Shown here: positions 54,380-64,000 of the stretch, in pieces
Layout of the letters: every line of letters begins with the position of its first letter
How positions within the stretch are numbered: the stretch's first letter is position 1
Source: Camelus ferus
Taxonomy: Eukaryota
Direction: 5' to 3'
DNA length: 64,000 nt
Assembly: GCF_009834535.1 (NCBI RefSeq)
Contig: NC_045696.1
Coordinates: 107,572,001 to 107,636,000 of the forward strand
Notes under the pieces: model-generated
Told to the model about the DNA's origin: nothing
What the model saw: only the letters and a program-made list of their open reading frames with translations
Databases searched by the model: none
Translations under genes and position numbers: made by a program

Positions 54380-54540
54380 AAGGCTCTGAAAGCAAACTGC
54401 CTAGTTCTACAAGCTCTTCCACTTACCAGCTGTGTAATCTCTGAATAGTTGATTATTTTCTTTGTGCCTTAATTTCCTTATCTGTAATATGGGAATAATA
54501 ATACAAGTGTTATTTGTATTCAAGATGAATTGAGATAATC
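54380..54540. mobile_element. MIR SINE
   Basis: ccacttaccagctgtgtaatct...gtgccttaatttccttatctgtaatatgggaataataata. Confidence 0.75.
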
Positions 54541-54679
54541 ACAGATGGAAAGACTGTCTCTTGCAGTGTGAAGAGGCAAGCAGTTCCTCTATATCAAAAA
54601 GTATAAAACTGAAAATACTATCCAAAAACCATCAGGGCTCTGGAAATTCACCAAATAAATTTTAAATTTTAAATTTTAA

Positions 54680-56670
54680 AATAAGAAAGATAGCAATGAA
54701 GTTTGCCTCTTTGATGAACTCTTCCTTTCACAAACAATTTATCTGAACGTGCAATGCTGTTTGATCTCATTTGACCTACCATAGAACTTCTTTCAGAATT
54801 GGAGTCAGTCCTTTCAAGTAATGTAATCTTCATGTAATATTCTAAATCTCTTGTCATTTCAACAGTCTTCACCAGGAATAGATCCAATCTCAGGGAACTG
54901 CTCTCTTTGCTCATTTATAAGCAGCAGGTCCTCATCTGTTAAAGTTTTATCTTATGATTGCAGCAATTCAATCACATCTTCAGGCTCCACCTAGAATTCT
55001 AGTTCTCTTGCTATTTCCACCACATTTGCAGTTCCTTCCTCTAGCCCCTCAAAGTCATCCGTGAGGATTGGAGTCAGCTTCTTCCATACTCTTGTTAGTG
55101 TTGATATTTTGACGTCTTCTTATGAATCATGAGTGCTCTTAACGGCATCTAGAATGCTGAATCCTTTCCAAAAGGTTTTCAATGAACTTTGCCCAGATCC
55201 ATCAGAGGAGTCACTATCTGTGATAGCTATAGCCTTACGAAACATATTTCTTAACTAATAAAACTTGAAAGTCAAAATTACTCCTTGATCCATGGGCTAC
55301 AGAATGGAAGTAGTGTTAGGAGGCATGAAAACATTATTCTCACTTTGCATGCCCATTAGAGCTCTTGGGTGACCAGGTGCATTGTCAACGAGCAGTAATA
55401 TTTTGAGTAATAGGTCTCAGTAGTGGATTTAAAATATTCACTAAGCCGTGTTGTCAACAGTTGTACTGTTAACCAGGCTTTATTGTTCCATCTGGAACTA
55501 ACACAGTGTAAATTGAGCATATTTCTTAAGATCCCTAGGATTCTCAGAATGGTAAATGAGCATTGACTGAAACTTAAAGTTATCAACTGCCGTAGCCCCT
55601 AACAAGAGAGTAAGCCTGTGCTTTGAAACTTCGAAGCCAGGCATTGACTTCTCTCTAGCTGTGAATGTCCTAGATGGCTTCTTTTAATGTAATGCTGTTT
55701 TTGTCTACATTGAAAATCTTCTGTTTAGAGTAGCCACCTTCATTATCTTAGCTAGAGCTTCTGTGTAACTTGCTGCAGCTTCTGTATCAGCACCTGCTGC
55801 TTCATCTTGAACTTTCATGTTATGGAGATGACTTCTTTTCTTAAACCTCATGAACTAATCTCTGCTAGCTTCAAACTTTTCTTCTGCGGTTTCCTCACTC
55901 CTCTCAGCCTTCAAAGATGAAGAGAATGAGTGCCTTCCTCTGGCTTAGGCTTTGGCTTAAGGGAATGTTGTAGCTGGTTTGATTTTCTGTCCAGACTACT
56001 AGAACTTCTTCCATGTCAGCAATAAGGCTATTTCACTTTCTTATCGTTCATGTATTCACTGAAGTAGTATTTTCTTTTCCTTTGCTTTCTCAGTTTGGCT
56101 AACTGGCACAAGATGCCTAGTTTTCAACCTGTCTCAGCTTTCAACGTGCCTTTCTCTCCAAGCTTAATCATGTCTAGCTTTTGGTTTAAAGTGAGAGATG
56201 TGTGACTCTCCTTTTTACCTGAACACTTAGAGGCCATTGTAGATTATTAATTGGCCTTATTTCAATAGTATTGAGTCTCAGGGAGTAGGAAGGCTGAAGG
56301 AAAGGGAGAGAGATGGGGAAACACCTGTTTGGTAGAGCAGTAACACAGCATTTATCGAGTAAGTTCCCCATCTTATATGGGTGTGGTTTATGGTGCCCCA
56401 AAACAATTACAGTGGCAACATCAAAGATCATTGATCACAGATCACCACAACAAATACAATAATAATATGAAAAGGTTTGAAATATAGCAAGAATTACCAA
56501 AATGTGGCACAGAGACATACATTGAGCAAATGCTGTTGGGAAAATTATGCCGATAGACTTGCTGGACACAGGGTTGCCACAAAGCTCCAATTTTTTGAAT
56601 GAATGAGTAAATAAATGAATGGATGCCTGCGTGCCATATCTGCAAAGTATAATGTGACAAGGTTTGCCTG
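54680..56670 (-). mobile_element. Tigger1 (TcMar-Tigger) DNA transposon, about 2 kb, 3'-truncated and inactivated
   Basis: Right terminus aggtttgcctg followed by TA. Minus-strand peptide VEMTRDLEYY...ERTDSNSERSSMVGQMRSNSIA resembles the Tigger1/TIGD1 transposase C-terminus. Multiple stops and frameshifts. Confidence 0.9.
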
Positions 56671-56672
56671 TA

Positions 56673-59090
56673 TTCTTGAAAAGCTGCTAAAGCTTCAGGT
56701 AAAGCTAAAGCAGTAGGAGTCTACAGCCTTCTTTCCTAGGGTTACAGTACACACACAGCCAACAAGCTTGATTGGTGACATCTGTAGTTTTACCAAAGTG
56801 GCACTGTTTGCAAATACCAGCAGCTTTGCTGTCAAAGGGAGCAGATTCAATATGGGACAAGAGGGAAATGTCCACAACTTGACTAGAAATGGCAAACTTG
56901 GTAGAAACAAAGAAAACCCATAGCTGTGATATTCAGAGGTTGTGTCCACAGTAGGTAAAAACAGTGGACCAGGCAAGAATCTAACTACAAAATGCTGGAA
57001 ATGAGAAAGCCATTAATAAACCCTCCACACATTCCTGACTGACTAGGAGACCTGAGAGAACTCAGTGGAAAATAAAAGTCAAGCAAACTTAAGAACTGTC
57101 TGAACTTTGAATATGCTCTCTACCCCACAAACAGATCAGGTCTCAGAGGGGAGAAGCCTTATAAATTTGAAGTATTTGAGCACAACCTTTGCCCAAATCA
57201 TTAGTTGACCAGTGCTCAATTGAAACACAGAGGAGACGCCCAGGAGGACAGGCTAAAAAACAAAAATTAGAATAAAAATTCCAAGCAGAAGCCACATATC
57301 ATGGGAGACAAATTATACAGTTTAAGATTAATTTGTTTAAATGAAACTTAGAAAAATAATTTTAAAATACATAGTTAATACAAAATATTATCCCAGAATG
57401 TCCACTTTTCTAGAAAAATTGGAGCCATGCAAGGAAACAGTACAGTGTGACTATACTCAGGAAAAAAAGCAGACAGTACAAATGGCTTTCTCAGTAGGCC
57501 CAGTTTTTGGTTTTAGCAAATATTTCAGAGCACTTTTTATAAATTTAGTCAAGAATTATAGGAAATATGTTAAAAGAATTACAAGAAAATATGATAACAA
57601 ATAGGGAATCTCAATAATTCCATATTTCTAAATGGAAATTTGCAAGTTGAAAAGTACAGTAACAAAAATTTTTAATTTATTAGATGAGTTCAGTAGCAGA
57701 TTTGATATGACAGAATAAACAGTGAACATGAAGATAGATTAATGGAAATTATTCATTCTGAAAAACAGGAAGGAAGATGAAGAGAAATGAACAGTCTCAG
57801 AAATGTGCAAGACAACATCAAGCACACCAAATTTGTGTAATGGAGTCCTAGGAAGAAGTGAAAGGAGTGAAAGAAAGAGACAGGAAGGAAAGACATTCGA
57901 ATAAATAATTACCCTAAAGTTCCCAAATTTGATGAGAAACATTAGTCCACAGATCCAAGAAGCTTAACAAAACCCAAGTGGTGTAAACAGAAAAGATCCA
58001 CATCTAGACACAGGATAGTCATGCTGTTGAAAGACAAAGACAAAAAATCTTGAAAGCAGCAGGAGAAAAAGAACTCATGTGAAGGGCAGCAGCAGTGGGA
58101 TTAGCCGGTGACCTATCAGAAACAGTTGAGGCCAGAAGACAGTGGAATGACATAATCACTAAAACACAACAAAATTGCCAAACAAGAATTCTAAACCTAG
58201 TAAAATTGCCTTTCAAATATGAAGGTGAAATAAAAGTATTTTCATTTAAAGAAAGGTTGAAAGGCATGTTGCTGGCAGACTTGCCTTAGAAGAAATACTA
58301 AAAGAAGTCTTTCAGTCTCTAAAGAATGGTGACTAATCCACAGGAAGGAATGGAGAGTACCAAATGGTAGATATGTGGGTGGATATGAAAGGCTATGTGT
58401 ACTATATACTGTTTTTAGTTTTTTAAAGTGACATGAAATTATTTAAAGCAATAATTATAGCACTGTAGTATTAAGATTATAAGATACATAGATATATGTG
58501 ACAATAGCGTGAAGAAGGATAAAGGAAAGGAAACTATGTTGGAGCAAAACTGCTATATTTTGCTGTAATTTAATTCATTATTAACCTGAAGTTGATAATA
58601 ATAAATTGAAGAAGTATATTCTAATCCCTAGAGCAACCACTCATACCTAAGAAAGAAAAACAAAATCAACAGAGAAAAAGTATAATAGTACACTAAAAAA
58701 TATTTAACCTCAAAGAAGGCAGTAAAGCAGGAAGGGAGGGGGGAAATGTAAGATATATAGATAACAAATAGCCCAATGGCTGACATAAATTTAACCATAT
58801 AAAAATTACATTAAATATGAATATAGGAAAGACTCTAAAAAGTGGAGATTGAGAAAACTATGGACTTGATATTAAATGATTGTAAGGAATTATTGTTTAA
58901 TTTTGTTGGAGATATAAAGTTTGATTATTCTTTTATCTTCACCTGTTAGAGACATACTTAAATATTAAAGGTGAAATGATATACCAAGAATTTGCCTTAA
59001 AATGCTACAGAAGAAAAAAAAACTTTAGGGGAATTGATAAAACGACGACAGAATTAATGTTTTTAAATTTTCCAAAATAAAAGTTTTAAA
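56673..59090 (+). mobile_element. Old L1 5' region and ORF1 remnant
   Basis: ORF 58095-58289 gives DLSETVEARRQWNDI...NCQTRILNLVKLPFKYEGEIKVF, the L1 ORF1p C-terminal domain pattern. Confidence 0.85.
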
Positions 59091-59254
59091 AATACATATT
59101 TTCTTAATTTTGACTGATAGCCCCTTCAGGACTAACTTCTTGTCATTTTGACATGGTATCATTTTTTTAGTGCTTTCTTTCAGAGTAAAATATCTCAGGT
59201 TCACTTTCTACCTTTACTGTTTATATTAGTTATCTATTACTATTAAAAAATTTA

Positions 59255-60103
59255 CAGCAGTTCCTCCTTATTTTTTGTTTTTCCTTCCATACTTTTAGTT
59301 ACCAGTCAACTACAGTCCAAAAATATTAAATGGAAAATTCCAGAATAAAAGTTCATAAGTTTTAAATTGCATGCTATTCTGAGAAGTGTGATGAAATCTC
59401 GCACAGTCCAGCTTCGTCCCTCTCCATTCTGCCAGGGACACGAATCATACCTTTGTCCAGAGTACCCTGCCAGTTAGTCATTTAGTAGCTGTTCTGGGTT
59501 ATCAGATCAGCTGTCACAGAATCACAGTGCTTATGTTCAAGTAACCCTTACTTTGCTTAATAATGGCCCAAATGCACAATAGTAGTGATGCTGGCATTCG
59601 GATATTCCAAAGAAAAGTCATAAAGTGCTTCCTTTAAGTGAAAAGGTGAAAGTTCTAGACTTAATAAGGAAAGAAAAAAATTGTATGCTGAAGTTACTAA
59701 CATCCACATTAAGAGCAAATTTCTATCTGTGAAATTGTGAGGAAGGAAAAAGAAATTTGTCTTAGTTTTGCTGTCACACCTCAGACTGCAAAAGTGATGG
59801 CCACAGTACGTGGAGTGCTTAGTGAAGATGGAAAAGGCATTAAATTTGTTCAAGATGTTTTGAGAGAGAGAGAGAGAGAGAGATCAGATTTACATAAGTT
59901 TTATTACAGTAATTGTTATAGTTGTTCTATTTTATTAGTTATTATTAATCTCTTACTGTGCCTAATTTATGAATTAAAGTTTATCATAGGCATAGTTGTA
60001 CCAGAAAAGACATAGTATTTAGAGGGTTTGGTACTATCTGCAGTTTCAGGCATCCACTGGGGGTCTTGGAATGTATCCCCGATGGGTAAGAGAGGGACTA
60101 CTG
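59255..60103. mobile_element. MER44/Tigger7-like non-autonomous DNA transposon
   Basis: TA then cagcagttcctcctta ... taagagagggactactg inverted termini. Internal aaaatattaaatggaaaattccagaa...ataagttttaaattgc. Confidence 0.85.
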
Positions 60104-60607
60104 TGCTTCAAAACTTAGAGGCTTAAAACAGTAAGTATTCATTATCATATAGTTTTTGTGGTCAGAAACTTATGAGTATCTTAGCTGTTCTTTTGGCTCA
60201 GAATCTCTCATAGGGTTGCAATTAAGATGTTAGCTGAGGCTTTTTAACCTCTGGAAGCTTGATAGTTAATTTACAACTTCCATAACGGTACACCCACATG
60301 GTTGACAAGTTAGTGCTGATTGTTGGTAGACCTTAGATCCGCATCATGCGGACCTCTCCGTAGGACTGTTTGAGTGTTCTTAAGACAAGGCTGCCAGCCT
60401 CCGCTAGAATGAGTGATCCAGAAGTGAGTAAGGTGGGCACTTCTGTGCCTTTTATGACCTAGCCCTCAAAAGTCATACAACATAATTCCCCCGATATTCT
60501 TTTGATCATACATGTCAGCCTTACTCATTTTGGGAAGAGACTCTATGAAGGGCATGAATACAAGGAGGCAGGGGTCATTCAGAATCACCTTGAAGGCTGA
60601 TACTACA
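60104..60607. mobile_element. MLT1 LTR (its start lies at about 59218-59254, split off by the MER44)
   Basis: aaaacttagaggcttaaaaca...ggctcagaatctctcatagggttgcaattaagatg...ggcatgaatacaaggaggcaggggtcatt...tactaca. Confidence 0.75.
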
Positions 60608-61490
60608 TTATCTTATGTGAGGAGTCTCCCACTAGCTCTTGTTCCTTTTGATAGAGAGTGATATATAAAGATCAAAATCTTGTCGCTAAGGATTCTCATT
60701 GTCAATTGGTTATCATTTCTGCTAGACACTTAGTACGCAGAGCTAAGGTATATATGTATTTGTCTATTTATACACATATATTTAAATCATATATTCATAT
60801 TGATATTTCTGACTTGAATTTAGCATAACAGGGTTTTTACCTCTTTGATTTTGTGTTTTTTTCCCACTTTTTTGAAAAATATAAAAATTCACATAGTTAA
60901 AAAGGCAAAGTTATATTTATATAACTTCTCTCTATATATATATTTCTCTAAACATATGTATATATATTTATGTATTTCTTATATGCCTCTACACCCTTTT
61001 GCTACCAGTAACCATTTTGATTTGTTTCTAGTTTATCATCTCAGTTTTACAAATACAGTTAAATGCATACACACACACAGATGTGTGTATTCTTACTCTT
61101 CCTTCTCCTGCCTCTCGGTCTCCTATCTCCTACAAAACATAGCATAATTTATATGGTGTTCTGTACCTTACATTTTCATTTAACAGTATATCCTCGATAT
61201 TACTCCACAACTTTATTTGGAAATCTTCATTTTCTTTTAGCTGCATAGGATCCAACATGTGGATACACTATTGAGAGTCTTTTGGGTGTTGCCAGACTTT
61301 TGCTATTAGAAATAATGTGCAGCAGATAATCTTGTGTCATTTCATACTTGTACAAGGTGTGTTGCTGGGGTAGATTGCTACAAGTGGGATTGCTGAGTCA
61401 AAGAAAATTATGTATAAAATTTCGTTACATATTGGTAAATTACCCCTTCATAGGTATGCCAGTTTTGCTCTCCTATCAGAGATGTTGTGA
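60608..61490 (-). mobile_element. Old antisense L1ME-like 3' remnant
   Basis: ttgggtgttgccagacttttgctattagaaataatg...aagtgggattgctgagtcaaag. Confidence 0.6.
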
Positions 61491-62021
61491 GGATTAAATG
61501 AATTCATGTATGTAGAGTGTCTGACACAAAGATAGCTGTTACACTGAAAACATCCTTAGACCTTTCGTATATTGTTGAATGAATTTTAAGACTTCTCAGT
61601 ATCTTGAGTACATCTATAGGTATATATTTTACTTTATATGTAGTCTCTTTAATTGCTTTGTACAGAACTAAACATGACAGTAGATCATTCCAAAGTGATT
61701 TTGTTTGTTTAAGGAGTTGAAAAGTAAAAACCCTGGAAGAAGAATCAGATAGGAGGCTCTATTACTGCTTTCATACGTTCTCAAACATTGGGGTTCACAT
61801 TTATAAAGTGGCAATTTTTTTGAGTTTCTGTTCTGTAAAACCATTCAACGTTGTGATGGTAAATTCCTTCAAGCTAATAACAAACTGCAGAATGCTTTGG
61901 GAAGGTAGTTATCCTAACTGAACTGCATTTTAATATGTTATTTTTTGAACCACGTATGGTTTAACTAGTAGAATACAGGCTAAGGTGAAGGGCTTTAATC
62001 TGTTCAGTGACCAAAAACTTG

Positions 62022-62145
62022 ATTTATTTTATTTATTCTTTATTTATTTTATTATTTATTTATTTATTTATTTATTTAATTTATTCTTTATTTATTTATT
62101 TATTTATTTTATTTATTCTATATTTATTTTATTTATTCTTTATCT
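62022..62145. repeat. Degenerate (TTTA)n simple repeat
   Basis: Directly visible, about 120 bp of tttatttatt units. Confidence 0.9.
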
Positions 62146-62661
62146 TGATTATTGCCTAACAGATTTATGGCTTAATTATAAGAACAATTAAATATAAATG
62201 GGTCCAGAGACATTGTTAAATATATGCTTTAAAAATAAGTAAAAATGTGTTAGCTGCTGATGGTATTAAAAAAGCATTACTTTCTAAAGTATTTTTAGAA
62301 AAGTTTAACATACGGAAGATCACTGTTAACATATTGAAATTAAAACTCTAGAAAAAGTATTTCTCCATTGTTTCCAGTATTTTTATATTTATAACTGTGG
62401 TTTTTTACAAAAAATTATTTTTGTTTTTATTTCATCTGAACAAGTAGTAGTTTATCTAAAATAAGTAGCTATTTAATAAAGTAATAGTGTTTGTTTACTA
62501 GCAATTCGCATAAAACTAGATGCGTTTATTTTAATAGTTTGTTAAGCTCTTCGGAAAATTCTCTTATTACCTGCCAGTGTTTCATCATTCTTTGTAACAT
62601 TGTAGATTTATCAGTTAGTACATGACACTCTTATTCTTTGCCCATTTTAATTTATTTCTAG

Positions 62662-62775
<114 letters not shown>

Positions 62776-62842
62776 TGATATGTCACTGAGTTTGCTTATT
62801 ACACCATAGTATTAAAACAGTTACTTCTTTTTCTTCTCCTAG

Positions 62843-63004
<162 letters not shown>

Positions 63005-63054
63005 TAGGCTTATTTGTTATTTGACAGGTGCTTATTTTTATTTTTTGTTATTAA

Positions 63055-63321
<267 letters not shown>

Positions 63322-64000
63322 TAATAATTTTTTCTAATAATTATTCAAGATAGCTAAGTATTTCCACTTTAAAATAAAATTAGGTAGAATTCTCTACTCC
63401 TTTTAAAACTTAGCATTATTGCAGTTGTTCATCCTATAAACATCAGCTTTAGTTATACTTTGTTTTTATTTTAAAAACCTGTTTCATAAAAGTCTGTTTT
63501 TTTAATTCTTTTAAGAAAACTTTAAAGTATGGCTTTTCTTAACTCATTTTTTCATTTTCTATTCCTGGAACCTAATTTACATTTTAATATTACTGAACTA
63601 TTATGATGTGCTAATGAATAGAACATAAAAATTAAGTGTATTTATAAAGGATGACTGCTTACCAGTGGTGTGCCCAAGATAGCAGCAAGTATCTCCAGTT
63701 GGTTATTTTTATAATTGTTTCTGTGATTCCTGCTTCTTGCCCCTTCCTTTCAATCTGTATAAGGTAATCTGGAATTCTCACACCTTTCAGTGATGGCCAG
63801 GTTGATAGGATTTCTTTTTAATGCATGTAATCAGTCTTTCCCTACTGTTAATTTTTAATTTTAACTTTTAATATTTTTCAACCATTTTTAATTTTTCATT
63901 ATGATTTTGAAGCTACAGAAGTAACTGATAATCAGTAAGATCTTTGAAATAACCATTAACATCTTTAAAATACATATCGTTTCACTGAGCAGTTTTCAAG

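Noticed and set aside
61985..62191. 68-aa hydrophobic ORF as a membrane micropeptide
   Set aside because: It is a translation of a (TTTA)n simple repeat.

Overview
This AT-rich, CpG-poor mammalian window lies entirely within one plus-strand gene, STAG1 (cohesin subunit SA-1). Twelve consecutive internal coding exons (3133-63294, 1361 nt in total) have GT-AG boundaries and compatible phases, and splice into one uninterrupted reading frame. From memory they correspond to roughly human exons 8-19, about residues 226-679. The introns are mostly decayed transposable elements: L1, L2, MIR, MLT1/MLT2 LTRs, an ERVL/MaLR internal remnant, Tigger1, MER44, MER63 and MER5. A tRNA-derived SINE resembling Vic-1 and the young L1 3' ends suggest a camelid genome (inference). 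The most unusual items are three TSD-flanked retroposed insertions. One is a polyadenylated 3'-terminal 28S rRNA fragment (SINE28-like) nested in an L1 that itself sits in an ERVL-type remnant. The second is a short polyadenylated fragment that looks like an ERV LTR end. The third is an unidentified 193-bp insert. I see no evidence for a new gene system. Repeat family names come from my recall of consensus sequences, not from a search, and their boundaries are approximate unless a TSD or TIR is quoted.
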